In this document: positions 31,432 to 50,695 of the stretch, piece by piece | Numbering within the stretch: the first letter of the stretch is position 1 | Layout of the letters: every line of letters starts with the position of its first letter | Sequence record: PQ349265.1 | Direction: 5' to 3' (one strand) | Length of the DNA: 64,000 nt | Source: Escherichia phage CJY920 | Program-made: the position numbers and the translations under genes | The notes under the pieces: generated by a model | The model's database searches: none | Seen by the model: only the letters and a program-made list of their open reading frames with translations | Told to the model about the DNA's origin: nothing

Positions 31432-33411
31432 TTAACCTGCAAGACCAGTTAACTCATCGAAATCTGCGCCAGTAGCAGTTGCGACGAAATTAAGTTGGAT
31501 ATAATTTATACTACGAGCCGGTTGGATGTAGAATGTTGCAACAAACTCATTTCTATCAATTACTGACGGAGTGTTATTTGTTGTATCGCAAACTACACGA
31601 TATTCATAAATTCCACCGAGAGCTTTAATTCCCTGTAAGTATTGGGCAGTTTCTGTGCGGAATGATGAACGAGTAAACGCGTTGTTTAATTCGAATAAAC
31701 GATATTTTGAACTACGTCCGATATTCGTTTTCAACATATTAAACAGACGACGAACGTTAATACGATCAAATGGAGAAGGAACAGAAGTAGCTGTTTTATC
31801 ACCATACAATACGTAACCATCACCACCTGTACCGGTTACCGGGTTGATAGCTTCTTGATATAAACGGTCGCGCTGAGCCTGGCGAGTTTCAATAGCAAGT
31901 TTAATAACGTTAAGAATCTGGCCGCGATTATAACCAGCTGGAGACATCCAAGTCTGAGAAACGTTATCAGTTCTTGCGCATAAACCTGCAATATCAGCTG
32001 CTAATGGAACCCAGCGATTTACATCATTATATTTGTCATACTGATATTTGTAGTTACCATCAATTGCTGCATAGGTTGAACTGATATTAAAGTTATTATC
32101 AGTGTATGAACCTGCTGCAGTTCTCCAATTGACTAAGTTATCAACAGCACGAGTTACAGGAATTCCAACTACAGTTTCACGCGGTGGTGAGCACAATACT
32201 AAGCAATCTTGGCGAGCATCCCCAATTGAAACGACGTGTTTTTGGACAGTAGATGCTGTTTCTAAAGATTCACCGGCACAAGAACCCGCAATAAACAACT
32301 GAACGTCAACAGATTCACGGTCAGCAAAGAAGTCCCAGGCTTCCATCAAATCTCCTGCTGTTACTTCAGCATTTGATGATAATCCACCAGACAGAGTTAA
32401 AATTCCAGAGAAGCCTTCTGGCCAGTTTTGCGCAGTTGCAAAAATATATTCTGAACCACCTTTTGCGAAAAAGTCATCAATATAGATGTTGCTATCGTAA
32501 ATATCTTTTTCACCACGCTTTGTTGAAAGAACAACGCTTTGAACAATAGCATCATTACGACGAACTATAATAGCGTATTGTGAATCAGTTTGTGGTCCAT
32601 ATCCAAACACTGCTTTGGCAGTAGATGCGCGTGTTCCGCCACCTGGATAAATTGGGAGTAATGCAGAAGCTCCTTTTGCGTAGTCAGCTTTAGATACAAT
32701 TTCGATTTCAATTTTATCGCCTAACTCGCCTGGATAAAGAGCTACTACTCCTGGAATTCCATATTTTTCGAGATTTGCTTGAAATTCAACCGCTGTCACA
32801 GCAGCTTCAGCATTTTCAATTTCAGCTAATAAAATACCGGAATCAGTAATAATTTTTCCAAGAGTTATTACTGCAGCTAAACCAGAGGAAGACGAAGAAA
32901 TTTCCGCGGTCCAGTTAGAACCTAATGCTGGATATTCACCGACTTCTTTCGCTTTAGCGATAATTTTTGCGGTAGGAATATTAATTTTCTTAATTTTTCC
33001 ATCAGCATCTACTTCGGTAATTTTACCCTCTGTTTCAACATTTTCTGAAACATACTTAACCGTGATTTTATCTCCAACCGCGTAGTTACTACCTGGGGCT
33101 GAAATAGTGTATTCAATATTACCAGCAATCGGAGATGAGTTTTTAGCGGTATCTCTATCGACAGCACGCACAACTCGCAAATCATTTCCATATTGTAAGA
33201 AATTCATTGCAGACATAAAATAATCAGCAGTTTCAGCTGTAGGTTGACCAAAAGTATTAACTAAATCTACTTCATTTGTAACCTGTTTAATCTGAAAAGC
33301 AGGACCCCACTGGAATTTACCGGCCAAAGCTGCTGTACCAGTAGAGTTATTAACAACGGTGCTTTGAACCGTAGTTTCTTTGAGCTCAATGCCCGGAGAT
33401 AATAAAGTCAT
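31432..33411 (-). CDS. 18: tail sheath protein gp18
   Basis: 659 aa matching T4 gp18. Confidence 0.9.
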   Translation of the reverse strand: MTLLSPGIELKETTVQSTVVNNSTGTAALAGKFQWGPAFQIKQVTNEVDLVNTFGQPTAETADYFMSAMNFLQYGNDLRVVRAVDRDTAKNSSPIAGNIEYTISAPGSNYAVGDKITVKYVSENVETEGKITEVDADGKIKKINIPTAKIIAKAKEVGEYPALGSNWTAEISSSSSGLAAVITLGKIITDSGILLAEIENAEAAVTAVEFQANLEKYGIPGVVALYPGELGDKIEIEIVSKADYAKGASALLPIYPGGGTRASTAKAVFGYGPQTDSQYAIIVRRNDAIVQSVVLSTKRGEKDIYDSNIYIDDFFAKGGSEYIFATAQNWPEGFSGILTLSGGLSSNAEVTAGDLMEAWDFFADRESVDVQLFIAGSCAGESLETASTVQKHVVSIGDARQDCLVLCSPPRETVVGIPVTRAVDNLVNWRTAAGSYTDNNFNISSTYAAIDGNYKYQYDKYNDVNRWVPLAADIAGLCARTDNVSQTWMSPAGYNRGQILNVIKLAIETRQAQRDRLYQEAINPVTGTGGDGYVLYGDKTATSVPSPFDRINVRRLFNMLKTNIGRSSKYRLFELNNAFTRSSFRTETAQYLQGIKALGGIYEYRVVCDTTNNTPSVIDRNEFVATFYIQPARSINYIQLNFVATATGADFDELTGLAG

Positions 33412-33439
33412 TTTTAATCCTCTTTAATATGCTTTAATA

Positions 33440-37600
<4,161 letters not shown>

Positions 37601-37641
37601 GATTTCTCCTAATCTGGGCTTTAATTAGTTTATAATATTTA

Positions 37642-40153
<2,512 letters not shown>

Positions 40154-40168
40154 TTAAAAATCCTTTGG

Positions 40169-40184
40169 GGCCTTGCGGCCCCAT
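40169..40184 (-). terminator. hairpin (GGGGCC-ttgc-GGCCCC) downstream of wac
   Basis: Read directly. Confidence 0.45.
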
Positions 40185-40185
40185 G

Positions 40186-41643
40186 TTATGCTGGTGATAA
40201 AAAGGTAGAAAGTAGTACCCATTCGCCGTCTTTACGAACGTAAGCTTGGCCATCTTTTGGAGCTTCAGGGATATAACCTGCTTCCTGTAAAGTCTGAACA
40301 TCCCCCTGTAATGAAGATACATTACTTTTAATACTACGCATTTCTTGATTAATAGAAGAAATGTTAGTTTCATTAGCTTTTATTGAATTAGTTAATCCGC
40401 GCTCTTCTACCGTTGAACCATTTGGATTTGTGCCGCTTACTAGTTTATTTAGTGCAACAACTTGGCCTTTAATTCCAGTAGTGTTATTACCAATTTCAAC
40501 TTGTAAGTTTTGAACATCATTGTTCAGTCTATTAACTGAAGTTTCAACAGTTGAAACCCTATTTAAAAGAGACCCAGGAGGAGAAGGCTGACCTCCACTA
40601 GAATCAGTTCCAACGATTTGGTTTAGCCATGAAACGTTTGCTCGTAGTCCAGATGAAGTGTTTTCACCAACAATTCCATTTAAAAACTCAATTGATGTTG
40701 TATTATCTTTAATTCTACCTTTAATACTAGAAGGAATATCATCTGAGCCAATTGACGTTTCAATGACAGTCAATCGTTGTTTAATACCTCCGCTTTTATT
40801 TAGTTCATCATTTAAAGCTGAAACTTCTCGTGTATTAGTGTTAACATCTGTGATTATTGAAGTATTTCCTGGATATCCAATAGAAGTTTTGATAGATTTA
40901 ATTTCGGAATTAAGATTAATCTGCGATTGATCTAAATTATGAACACGTGAATATATGCTTTCACTGAATGAAGATGGTCTTTGTCCAAGTTCTTGTCTAA
41001 GATTTCCGACTTCAATTGTCAGTGAACCTACATCAGATTCAATAAATTTTTCTTCCAAATCACTTAGACGTATTCCTTGGGAAGTTATAGCATCTGTATT
41101 ATTAATGATGCGGTGCTTCATCCCCGTGCTGCTATTTCCTACAACAGGAAGACCATTAATGTCTTGTCCAGCATATTGTCCTAATTCCCTTTTAATCCAT
41201 AACAAATCATTTCTAATCGTTCTATAAACTGAATTTGCTTGCGAATTGAATGGACCAATATCAGAAAGAATATTATCAACCGTAGTATTTGTGCCATTTA
41301 ATATATCAGTATGTTCATTCGTGAGTGTCTTTAAATTTGATATATCATTTTTATTAACACTGATCTGTGATAGCGCTTCTATATCTCCTGATACATCTAA
41401 AATGCCTTGAATGGTTTTAATATCTTCCTGAGATGTTTCAATGGCAGTTTTAAGAATTCCTACATTTTCATCGAGAACCTCGACATTTTTAAACACGGAA
41501 ACAGTTGGTCTATTCATTGACCCATCGCTTCCATACTTAGTACTAGCTCCTAGTATTTCTTCACCGTTTTTAATCCATGAAATACGTTCCTGGCCTTCGC
41601 CAGGAACGCTATCAACAAAAGGTAACTCTTTTAATTCAATCAT
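40186..41643 (-). CDS. wac: fibritin (whisker antigen control) with C-terminal foldon
   Basis: 485 aa; C-terminus [27 protein letters not shown] is the T4 foldon. Confidence 0.95.
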   Translation of the reverse strand: MIELKELPFVDSVPGEGQERISWIKNGEEILGASTKYGSDGSMNRPTVSVFKNVEVLDENVGILKTAIETSQEDIKTIQGILDVSGDIEALSQISVNKNDISNLKTLTNEHTDILNGTNTTVDNILSDIGPFNSQANSVYRTIRNDLLWIKRELGQYAGQDINGLPVVGNSSTGMKHRIINNTDAITSQGIRLSDLEEKFIESDVGSLTIEVGNLRQELGQRPSSFSESIYSRVHNLDQSQINLNSEIKSIKTSIGYPGNTSIITDVNTNTREVSALNDELNKSGGIKQRLTVIETSIGSDDIPSSIKGRIKDNTTSIEFLNGIVGENTSSGLRANVSWLNQIVGTDSSGGQPSPPGSLLNRVSTVETSVNRLNNDVQNLQVEIGNNTTGIKGQVVALNKLVSGTNPNGSTVEERGLTNSIKANETNISSINQEMRSIKSNVSSLQGDVQTLQEAGYIPEAPKDGQAYVRKDGEWVLLSTFLSPA

Positions 41644-41652
41644 TTGTAATCC

Positions 41653-43209
41653 TTAGTAATGAATTTTAATAATATAGTTTAATGATATATTCCATGGTCT
41701 AGTTTCATAACCAATTAATCCTTCACGGTTTAACGTGCCAAACGAGTCACGAGCACCACCCATTTCAAATCCGTCGTTAGTAAAGAACAAATGGTTGTCC
41801 CAGTCGGCGCTTCTACCATTGCCTAAATATCCACTGCCATTAGATGCGCCAAACGGTGCATAACCTCTGTTATTTCCATTTTCCCCCCAGGCACCAACAT
41901 GTTTATGGTATGACATTTGTTGTGCCTGAACACCACCAACATGCATTCCGTCACATCCTACACCAAGTCTATCCTTCCCGTAACCATCTTGTCCTCGTTG
42001 ATTTAAAATATGACCTCCTGTGCCAGCTCCTCTGACGAAAAGACCTCGCATATCAGGAATGCCAGGGTTATTCCAATCACCACCAAATCTTGTTCCAACT
42101 GTGTTTCTATAATCAGGATATTGATCTCCTGACACGGTTCCGCCGTGGCACATAATCCAACCCGGAGGTGCTGAATCACCCGCAAACATCATAATAGTTC
42201 CAACTGGAACCCTTTCGGACGCATATCTTTCAGTGGCAACAGGTTGATCGCCATTTTTCCACATACCGCCGCGTGACCAAATTCCATTTGCTGTAAGATG
42301 GTCTAAATTTAAAGAACCATTAATAGTTTGTCCACCACGAGTATTAATTACATCTGCGTTCCATGCTAATGCTCCAGAGCTATCACCTTCAGGGGCAATA
42401 CCGGCTTGCGTCGTTAATTTAACTACTCCACGCATAGAACCAGTAGCTCCTCGACCATTTAGTGTTTCGCCCGTTACTGCAACATCTCCCAAATTACTGT
42501 TAATTTCCGATTGTGTTCCTAAACGTATAACACCCTTATATTCTTGTGTTGCAACAGAATTCATAAAGGTATACGGAGAAATTGCATATCCTTCGCGGAG
42601 AGTTCCTTGACGAGTTTGCGCAACAGTAGATAATTGAACTACACCTCTCACAGATTCTGATGCAGTATCTTCGGAAGGAGCTATTTGTGAAATTAATTTT
42701 ATTGCAAGTTTTTGTGTTTTTAATGGAGTCATTGCCGTAGTATCATCAACGCCAGCTAAAGCTGCAGGTGTAGATGATATTTTAATAACCCCGTTTGATG
42801 ACTCAGACGAATATCTATTTTGGAACACATCGTCAGTGTGGTATTTCAGTTTTTGCGGCGTTATTGATGAATTATTATCTGAGCCTTCTAATGTTTCTTC
42901 ATTTGTTGAATAACGCGTTAAACCATATTTAGTTTCAGTAGCATTTGGATATAGTAATCTTGTTGCTAATGTAGCTGGCGTAACGATTTTAGAATTATTA
43001 GTTCCATCTAAAACTTCTTGCTCTGACGCAATCATTGCTATTCCTTTAACTTCCATAGTTGCATCAGGAATACCATTTACGCCGATATTACTTATTTTTG
43101 ATAATGCAGACTGCACTGTCGTGACAGTGTCAGGAAAATTCGATCCTACTGGATCGAATTTAACATATTTTGATTCATTTGATACGTGCTGATATGTATT
43201 GTTACTCAT
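41653..43209 (-). CDS. 12: short tail fibre protein gp12
   Basis: 518 aa; synteny wac-12-11. Confidence 0.85.
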   Translation of the reverse strand: MSNNTYQHVSNESKYVKFDPVGSNFPDTVTTVQSALSKISNIGVNGIPDATMEVKGIAMIASEQEVLDGTNNSKIVTPATLATRLLYPNATETKYGLTRYSTNEETLEGSDNNSSITPQKLKYHTDDVFQNRYSSESSNGVIKISSTPAALAGVDDTTAMTPLKTQKLAIKLISQIAPSEDTASESVRGVVQLSTVAQTRQGTLREGYAISPYTFMNSVATQEYKGVIRLGTQSEINSNLGDVAVTGETLNGRGATGSMRGVVKLTTQAGIAPEGDSSGALAWNADVINTRGGQTINGSLNLDHLTANGIWSRGGMWKNGDQPVATERYASERVPVGTIMMFAGDSAPPGWIMCHGGTVSGDQYPDYRNTVGTRFGGDWNNPGIPDMRGLFVRGAGTGGHILNQRGQDGYGKDRLGVGCDGMHVGGVQAQQMSYHKHVGAWGENGNNRGYAPFGASNGSGYLGNGRSADWDNHLFFTNDGFEMGGARDSFGTLNREGLIGYETRPWNISLNYIIKIHY

Positions 43210-43865
43210 GCTATTCTCTCAAAATAATAAAATACCGTAGGTTGTGTGTGACTATCTAGCGTGACAGTTTGCGCACCTAATAATTGCCAAGTTCCGTATC
43301 CAGGTTTAGAAGGAGAAATTATTTCTTGTTTGAAAGTAATTCCTTTATCAGAGTATTGTTCTAAGATATGTTCTTGGTTATCTAAATACTTAACTTGTAT
43401 TTTATTTCCTATGGTAGGATGGTCTTCAAATGAATCAATTGCAATAAATTTTGCAACCATTTCCTGCAGAGCTGTTCTAACGGCACTGGTAAATTCGATT
43501 GAAGTCATTCCGTTAGTAGCTTTAACAGGAATGCCAAACATGTTAACAATAACTGGGTCACCTGGTTTGGCTGAAGTATCATTGACAGTTCCTTCAAATG
43601 ACCAATAGTCTGTTTGCTGCACGCCAGTAGGAGATACACCGCTTATATTAACTAATACAGCTCCAACTTGTTGCTCTGCCATATTTCTAACATCATTGAT
43701 AGCAGATTCTACATTTGGGTCATAAAAACCTTTTGCTATTTGTGAAATTGTTACAGCACCTACTGGCTGATTATTCATAACCGAAATATCATTTTTCTTA
43801 GTTCTAAAACCAAGAAAATCTGCTAAGCGGGAAATAACTCCCGCTTTATTATTAAGTAAACTCAT
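43206..43865 (-). CDS. 11: baseplate wedge / short-tail-fibre connector gp11
   Basis: Start at ATG 43865 gives 219 aa; TAATG overlap with gene 10 stop. Confidence 0.8.
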   Translation of the reverse strand: MSLLNNKAGVISRLADFLGFRTKKNDISVMNNQPVGAVTISQIAKGFYDPNVESAINDVRNMAEQQVGAVLVNISGVSPTGVQQTDYWSFEGTVNDTSAKPGDPVIVNMFGIPVKATNGMTSIEFTSAVRTALQEMVAKFIAIDSFEDHPTIGNKIQVKYLDNQEHILEQYSDKGITFKQEIISPSKPGYGTWQLLGAQTVTLDSHTQPTVFYYFERIA

Positions 43866-45670
43866 TATGCAATCCTTATCCAACGGTATACAGTAATAGA
43901 CGGTTGAATATTACTAATATTAGCAGGAGGAGTATGTGAAGAGTTTGTTGTTGCGTAGTCTTCACGGTATTTTGTATATATAGGACCAGTTTCATCTGGG
44001 TCATATTGGCAACCTCCAATAATAACTGATCCGTTTTCGTCTTCAATTAAAACTCTTTCATCGGTTTTAGTCGCAGGAAGATTTGCATTCTCAAGTGTTA
44101 CTGATGTTGTTCCAACTGTTCCACCGGCAGTATGTGAAGGATTTCCGCTAAAATCTAAATCATTATTGTTTAAAGCAAAGTTTGGATCCGTAACATCATC
44201 ATTCCATCCTACTAAAACTTGTCCTTTACCAAATAATTTCCATGAACCAAACCCCATATAAGTCACCGGATTATTTGGGTTTATAGCATTTTCATAAATT
44301 GAACCAACAGGATAAATGCTGTCGAAAATAGATGATATTGAATTATACATTCTAGTATAAGAATCAACTTTTTCAACATTTGGCCAACCGATTTTATCAA
44401 AATCTGTTAAGGCTACATCACCAGTAACTTCGGTAGATGATCCTTTGCTAACATAACGGTCATCCGTTAATTCAATAATGTCATCTTTTTCTAAAAGAGT
44501 TCCTAAATCATTATTGAACCACGTTATAACGATTATATCACCTGATTCAAATTTTCTATCAAATAAAAGACTGGTAGGTTTTCCATCTTCATATTCTATA
44601 GAATAATCTGTGTTTGATTCTTTCCATTCGCCACCAAGAGATATACAACCTTCTCGCGTATCTGAACTAGCGCCTTCACACAAAAACAGAGGATATCCAG
44701 CGGTTCCAGCCTGCTGCTGTAAAATTCCATTAAAACGAACCTCAAGAGAATTAGGATTAATGGGTTCACCAGGAATTAATCCAAATGCAGAAAATGGAAT
44801 TGATTTCATCGCCGATAAATCAGTAACATAAATGCTTCCTTCTAAAGAAGTCTTTGATGTTAGTTTTGAATCTAGTACTTTTATTTGGCGTCTTGTATAT
44901 GAACTTCTCCATTGTGATACACCATCCATAAATGTTTCAATTTGAACGGTGTCACCAATATTACAAGGCTGTCTTAATCGAATATTAAATCCATCAAGAG
45001 GAACTAATTCGCCTTCATTTTCGCCCGGAGAGCCAAAGTCACTATTTTCGCTAAATACATCACCGTAATACAATTCGTTACCACGATGTTTTACTCTGAT
45101 GTTATTGACATTATAACTAGTTCCATTGAAAACATCTAAAAAGTCTGTTTGCCCTTGAACTTCGACTAAAAATTCTTTGCGAGCTACATTACTAATATCT
45201 GAACTAATAATTTTGTCAATTTGTTTATTTTTGACATATTCCCAACGTCCTGGAGCGCAATAAACGAGCTCTAAATCACTAAATTGAATATTAATTTCAA
45301 CTGACGATGACGACCCTTTAATTGTATCTCCGGAAGCAGCTACTAAAGTAACTGGATTGATGTTCCATGTAGCGAATACGTCTCTAGCTCTAATTACCTT
45401 GTTGTAATCATTAACAGTTCCTTTAGGAAGTTGTAGAGTTACTCTTCCAGAAGAGGTATTAATAGCGTATGATTTTCCCCATTCTGCCGTTAGTGTTTGT
45501 CCAGATGAAGCATCATAAGTTTTCCAGGCACCGGCTGAATATGGAACATCTCCATCACCAAGTTCATAATAAAGTTCATCAAAGTTTTCATTTATTTTTA
45601 TACCACCTTTACGCAGGTAGTCACCGGTACCATCATCAACAACATTACCGATATTAATATTTTGTTTCAT
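43865..45670 (-). CDS. 10: baseplate wedge protein gp10
   Basis: 601 aa; synteny. Confidence 0.85.
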   Translation of the reverse strand: MKQNINIGNVVDDGTGDYLRKGGIKINENFDELYYELGDGDVPYSAGAWKTYDASSGQTLTAEWGKSYAINTSSGRVTLQLPKGTVNDYNKVIRARDVFATWNINPVTLVAASGDTIKGSSSSVEINIQFSDLELVYCAPGRWEYVKNKQIDKIISSDISNVARKEFLVEVQGQTDFLDVFNGTSYNVNNIRVKHRGNELYYGDVFSENSDFGSPGENEGELVPLDGFNIRLRQPCNIGDTVQIETFMDGVSQWRSSYTRRQIKVLDSKLTSKTSLEGSIYVTDLSAMKSIPFSAFGLIPGEPINPNSLEVRFNGILQQQAGTAGYPLFLCEGASSDTREGCISLGGEWKESNTDYSIEYEDGKPTSLLFDRKFESGDIIVITWFNNDLGTLLEKDDIIELTDDRYVSKGSSTEVTGDVALTDFDKIGWPNVEKVDSYTRMYNSISSIFDSIYPVGSIYENAINPNNPVTYMGFGSWKLFGKGQVLVGWNDDVTDPNFALNNNDLDFSGNPSHTAGGTVGTTSVTLENANLPATKTDERVLIEDENGSVIIGGCQYDPDETGPIYTKYREDYATTNSSHTPPANISNIQPSITVYRWIRIA

Positions 45671-46536
45671 TATTGAGCCACCCCGATTTTCTGCGTAGCG
45701 ATAACTTTAACTGCTGCTCTCATACCGACAGTTGAAGAACTTATAGTCGCCGTTACATAATTTTCTTTAATACTAAATGCAATATTAGCGATTTCGTCTT
45801 CTTCGGTTTCATTCCCAACCCGCATGACAGCATATTCAGAAGAAATGACCGTTGAATTAACAGTATCTACAAGAATATTTATTTCTGCTGTTTTAATTTT
45901 TCTTCCATCTACCGATTGGCAAGTAACTAACAATTTAGCCATGTTATATTCAGTACGATGAAATAATGGAATGTCAACTGATCCGGATGTAGAAATATTC
46001 CATGTACCTTCAGCCGGTGATTCCTTTTGGCCAAACATACTTTCAATAGAATAATTCCAAACTGACGTAGAATTATCAGATGAAATACAACGTAAAGTAA
46101 CTTTACTATATGGGCTAGTTACTACCAAATTACCTGAAACACCTTTAATTGAATCAATCGCTTGAATCGTTAAAGGATTGGTAACTGATATAGATCCATT
46201 TGAGTTAATAAATTCAACGCAATCACCAAGTTCGCCTCTTTCAATGATAACTTTAACACCTACAGCAGAGGTATCAATATCATGTCTAGTACCAACTTTC
46301 ACCGGAGTTGCGTACTCTGTGATAGAATGCTTTTGATAATATCCAGTAGCATGGATAATTTGGCCGTCAGCACCAGTACCATTTGCTACTGCCATTTTAC
46401 GCTGATCGCCAAACGCGTTATAAATTGCATTAAAATCACTATTAATTTTATTACCACCGTCGAATAAGATATCACCAGTAGAAGCGTTACCAATTTCGCC
46501 GGTATCAATCAATTTCTTTGGTTCTTGAATGAACAT
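45670..46536 (-). CDS. 9: baseplate wedge / long-tail-fibre socket gp9
   Basis: 288 aa matching T4 gp9. Confidence 0.85.
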   Translation of the reverse strand: MFIQEPKKLIDTGEIGNASTGDILFDGGNKINSDFNAIYNAFGDQRKMAVANGTGADGQIIHATGYYQKHSITEYATPVKVGTRHDIDTSAVGVKVIIERGELGDCVEFINSNGSISVTNPLTIQAIDSIKGVSGNLVVTSPYSKVTLRCISSDNSTSVWNYSIESMFGQKESPAEGTWNISTSGSVDIPLFHRTEYNMAKLLVTCQSVDGRKIKTAEINILVDTVNSTVISSEYAVMRVGNETEEDEIANIAFSIKENYVTATISSSTVGMRAAVKVIATQKIGVAQ

Positions 46537-46560
46537 AGCGGTTTCCTTATGAGTTTATAG

Positions 46561-46568
46561 TATTTATA
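46561..46568 (-). promoter_or_regulatory. late promoter TATAAATA (minus strand) for gene 9
   Basis: Plus-strand tatttata; hairpin GGGAGCCC-at-GGGCTCCC (46577-46594) just upstream acts as gene 8 terminator. Confidence 0.5.
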
Positions 46569-46599
46569 AAGAAAAAGGGAGCCCATGGGCTCCCTTAAT

Positions 46600-47604
46600 T
46601 TAAAATGTAAACAGAATATTGATTTCTTCCGTTTGATCCATTGCCATAATAATAGGTGGCCTATTTTCCATATAAATCATTTCGCCCGAATGCCTCATTA
46701 AATCTTCCGGATCATAGTAATCCTTTTCAGCTTTAACGTTTGGGTCATTTGGATGAACTTTAGCTTCAAGAGGATTCGTGATTATCGATATTTGTCTAAA
46801 TCCTTTATTTCCTGGCAATGCAGCTTCAGGAAAATAAACTGAATCTAAGTATGCTTTAAAACGAATAGTATTTGCCTTAACCCGGTAAATTAATCCAAAA
46901 TCATCTTGCTGCCAAGTGAGGTTATCTTCATACCCCCATCTAGTCGGATCTTCTTTTAATTCCTCAGGCCAAGGAACCACGATATATTCATTCGTGCATC
47001 TGTTTATAGATACATCAGGCGGAATCTCAAAAAGATATTCCCATACATACCCGTCTCCAGGTTCGATTGTTCCTTCCGCGTCTCCTCGACCTTCAGGAGG
47101 AGTCATTGACCTAACAGAAGGAGTCCATTTTCCACCTAACTTAAGGCATTCATCCTTATTAGTTAAAGACTCAATTGAACACATTCCGGTATCAGGAACA
47201 TCTAAACAACGATATACTAACCAGCCTGCGCCTGATTCGGTAGCGTTGTAAGGAGCTGAGTTACACACTACAATATCGTTAATTCTAAATGTGTATGGAT
47301 CCGGATATCTAGTATCTCCCCAATCACGACGAGGAATAACTGCATCAAGCATAGATGGAAGAACCTTCACGGTTCCCATCATATGAGTCCACATGTCAGT
47401 TACACCTAACACAGAATCAGTGGGATAAGGTGGGGCAAATCCCACCTCATTTTCGTTTGATGACCACGGTTCTGATCTTCCAAATGTAATAAAGATAGTG
47501 TTTTTATCCGGACCACTTCCAATTGAATTATAAAAATTCAACATTTTTTCTGTTCTAAATTTTGAAGTAACTATCGCACGATAGATAACACTTGAATCAT
47601 TCAT
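46600..47604 (-). CDS. 8: baseplate wedge protein gp8
   Basis: 334 aa matching T4 gp8. Confidence 0.85.
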   Translation of the reverse strand: MNDSSVIYRAIVTSKFRTEKMLNFYNSIGSGPDKNTIFITFGRSEPWSSNENEVGFAPPYPTDSVLGVTDMWTHMMGTVKVLPSMLDAVIPRRDWGDTRYPDPYTFRINDIVVCNSAPYNATESGAGWLVYRCLDVPDTGMCSIESLTNKDECLKLGGKWTPSVRSMTPPEGRGDAEGTIEPGDGYVWEYLFEIPPDVSINRCTNEYIVVPWPEELKEDPTRWGYEDNLTWQQDDFGLIYRVKANTIRFKAYLDSVYFPEAALPGNKGFRQISIITNPLEAKVHPNDPNVKAEKDYYDPEDLMRHSGEMIYMENRPPIIMAMDQTEEINILFTF

Positions 47605-50600
47605 CTATTTTAACCTGTGTTGGATTTTCAGGGTCTCTTGGATTTCCTATATTATCTTTTAGACGTTTATTAACTAAATCCCTAAATTGTGCAAATGTTG
47701 TTCCAGATGCATCAAATAGAGGACTCATTAATTTACGTCGTTCAGAAGGCAATTGACCTTGAAATATTGAATTATTATTTTCAGCATTATAGTCATCAGG
47801 AAGAGGATATTCTACGCCAGCCATTGGGCCAGGTTCATAAATTGCTTCGCCTGTTACTGAATCATGCTCAATTTCACCGGTTGGAGTCAATTTAGCTACT
47901 CTATCAGCGTATTCAGTAGGCAATCCAGAATCCCATTTATAGTTTTTGTATTTATTAATTATAGTCTCTGTATGTTTAAGAGTTAAACCAACATTAATAA
48001 ACATTGTTAAAAGAGTAATTGCTATAAATCCAAATCCTACTGGATGAACAAAACGAATAACGTCAGATTTCCAGCGGGAAGAAGGTAAATTGGATTTAAT
48101 TTTCATTACATAATATGATCGACTTCTATTAATATAGTCTATATTATTTTGAAGCAAATCTTTTCCTTTAACCCCACGAATAATTTCGCCTTCAAAACTA
48201 GGGAGTCTTTCTGCTTTAACTTCTTGACCGGCAATCAATCTTCCCAAAAGATTATGAATAGTTACGGTCCACTGCAATTTACCATTAGAATAGCTTCTTT
48301 CTATATAAGTAACATTACATCTTCCTGTAGCTGTATAAATCGTTTGTCCTACTAAGTCTTCAGTCAAAGAATCAGATTGAATGATTATATCATATTCAGT
48401 ACCAGCCCCAGATTCAATTTCAATTTCAACTTCTTCATTATAAAGAACTTTAAAAAGAAATTTGTATGATGCTTCAATTCCTTTAGTAGAATAAAAATCA
48501 TAGCTGCGTGATTCGAAAAATCTTGCAACAGCATCGCGTTTGTCAGCATTCAAATAAATGTTTCTTTTATATATCTCTGACCACAAATATTCCCATGCAT
48601 GCTCTTCTCGTGGATATTTGTTACGAATTAAATTTCGTAAATTGTTATACTGAGTTCCATATCCATCAGAAAGATACTGAATATATGCTTCGCAAAATGC
48701 CTCAAAATTCGAATCCTGTAACAAATAAGAATCAGGCATCATTGTGCCAATCAATGGTCTTAAATCAGGGTCAGCTAATCCACGCTCTTCTTCAGGCGAC
48801 CAAGGAGTTTCATGCTCTTGGTTTTGTAAAAATGCTTTTAAAAATACTTCAGTTGGCTTCCAAATAATTTCTACAGCGTCTCTAACACGATAGTTAAAAT
48901 CATAATAAGAAATTATTTCACCGGAGGCTTTATAGAAAAGCATCCCAGATGCATATTTTTTAAATCCAGTGAATTTAACATTTGGCATTACTATAGTACA
49001 ATCGCCATCATCCCAGTATTCATGAACTAATCTATCTGGTGATGTTTCAGGAATGTTTTCTATAACTTTAGTATATTTTAAATCAGCATAAACTACTACA
49101 ACCCTATCAGAGTTGTTTATCCAACAACGTGTGTTAGATTTTTTAGACCAGTTAAAGAATGGTTCAGCGTAGTATTTCATCGGCTGAGGAGTAAAAGTTT
49201 CCCAATCAGACTTTTCATCTGCTATAAATGCCATCATATGATAATGCTTATCAGCTAACCATTCACGAGGAAATTCATATTTAACAGCACCGATTAACTG
49301 ATATTTTGCTGCAGTTTCAGGGTCATTAACAACATTATCACTTAAAAATTTAAAATTACTCGATGATAGAGAAACTAATTTACCATCAGTTGACATATTC
49401 GCATATCCAGGTTGAATACGTCTTCTTTCTTCTTCAGTGTTGCCAAAAACTCTTTTCCATGTTTTTGTGTCATGATTTAAAACATATATTCCTTTATCAA
49501 CAGAATCAATTATTTTTGATGTTCTAGGATTAGCATTTAATGTTTCAACTTCACCAATAATAAGAGCAAAAACTTTATCACCGACAGAATCCATTTTATA
49601 GCATACTGCTTTAGGATTTCCGGTTATAGTCATAGTATCAGGTTCAAAAAGCCTTTCCGAATATGTCGGAGATAATGGATCAGAATCTATAGGTGCATTA
49701 CTCGTTTTTATGTATCTAACTTTGTCTCTGGCGACAACGTAAATGTAATCATCGGTGCAAGTAATAGCTTCTGCAATGCGATATACATTCGCTGGCAAAG
49801 TTGCGTAAGTGGCAAAAATTTCTACATCAAATCCTAAATGTAATTGGTCGCCAAGTTTAGCGAATGTTATATCCTGAGAACTAAATCTGACATCATCAGC
49901 TGACCATCTAACATCAGTAGATTTGCGGCCGTAGAAAATCTTGTCGTATCCTAGAACGTATGTTGTGTTCGCAGATTGGTAATATACAGTCTTAGATAAA
50001 GGATATCCTACACGGTCATTGAAGAGCTTTACAGCTTTCCAGGTTTGACCTTTATCATTGGATACTTTAACTACAGGTTGATAACGCTCAAAAAGATATA
50101 GAATCCCTTCTGATTCCATCAAATAAACTCGATTAATATCCTTACATACTTGCTGAATAGAACCTTGTATTTCATGATACTCATTTTCACCAATAATAAA
50201 ATTGCTTATTGATGAAACGTCAACATATGACGGGCTGAATTGAAATGATTCATTCATCAATGCAGCCATTATAGTGTCATTATTAAAATTAACATAATCA
50301 GAATTATTAAGAGTAAATTTTTCCTGAATGAATTTATTAGCTAATTGCATTTCAATCATGTTTTGAAATGTATAAGCGTTTGTAGCAAAAGTTTCAAACT
50401 CTTCGGTATAAATCCAATCAGACTGCTCAAAATCCTGTGCAGCTGTAGCTACTCTAATAATGTACGATGTCAATGGATTAGCATTATCAAAAAAGAAGCT
50501 GTTATTTGCAGTATATCCTAAGTTAATCCATCGGTATTGATTGCTCGGGAGATTTTCCCCCGAGTTTGTTTTTGTCTCAGCGATTTCTACAAAATAGTAG

Positions 50601-50695
50601 AAATTAGCACCAACGTCATCCCAGCGTACTTGCACCTGATTTGCGGATAACTTGGAAATTCTGAGACTAGTGACTGAAGGTGCTTTTACTGTCAT
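47597..50695 (-). CDS. 7: baseplate wedge initiator gp7
   Basis: 1032 aa matching T4 gp7. Confidence 0.9.
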   Translation of the reverse strand: MTVKAPSVTSLRISKLSANQVQVRWDDVGANFYYFVEIAETKTNSGENLPSNQYRWINLGYTANNSFFFDNANPLTSYIIRVATAAQDFEQSDWIYTEEFETFATNAYTFQNMIEMQLANKFIQEKFTLNNSDYVNFNNDTIMAALMNESFQFSPSYVDVSSISNFIIGENEYHEIQGSIQQVCKDINRVYLMESEGILYLFERYQPVVKVSNDKGQTWKAVKLFNDRVGYPLSKTVYYQSANTTYVLGYDKIFYGRKSTDVRWSADDVRFSSQDITFAKLGDQLHLGFDVEIFATYATLPANVYRIAEAITCTDDYIYVVARDKVRYIKTSNAPIDSDPLSPTYSERLFEPDTMTITGNPKAVCYKMDSVGDKVFALIIGEVETLNANPRTSKIIDSVDKGIYVLNHDTKTWKRVFGNTEEERRRIQPGYANMSTDGKLVSLSSSNFKFLSDNVVNDPETAAKYQLIGAVKYEFPREWLADKHYHMMAFIADEKSDWETFTPQPMKYYAEPFFNWSKKSNTRCWINNSDRVVVVYADLKYTKVIENIPETSPDRLVHEYWDDGDCTIVMPNVKFTGFKKYASGMLFYKASGEIISYYDFNYRVRDAVEIIWKPTEVFLKAFLQNQEHETPWSPEEERGLADPDLRPLIGTMMPDSYLLQDSNFEAFCEAYIQYLSDGYGTQYNNLRNLIRNKYPREEHAWEYLWSEIYKRNIYLNADKRDAVARFFESRSYDFYSTKGIEASYKFLFKVLYNEEVEIEIESGAGTEYDIIIQSDSLTEDLVGQTIYTATGRCNVTYIERSYSNGKLQWTVTIHNLLGRLIAGQEVKAERLPSFEGEIIRGVKGKDLLQNNIDYINRSRSYYVMKIKSNLPSSRWKSDVIRFVHPVGFGFIAITLLTMFINVGLTLKHTETIINKYKNYKWDSGLPTEYADRVAKLTPTGEIEHDSVTGEAIYEPGPMAGVEYPLPDDYNAENNNSIFQGQLPSERRKLMSPLFDASGTTFAQFRDLVNKRLKDNIGNPRDPENPTQVKIDE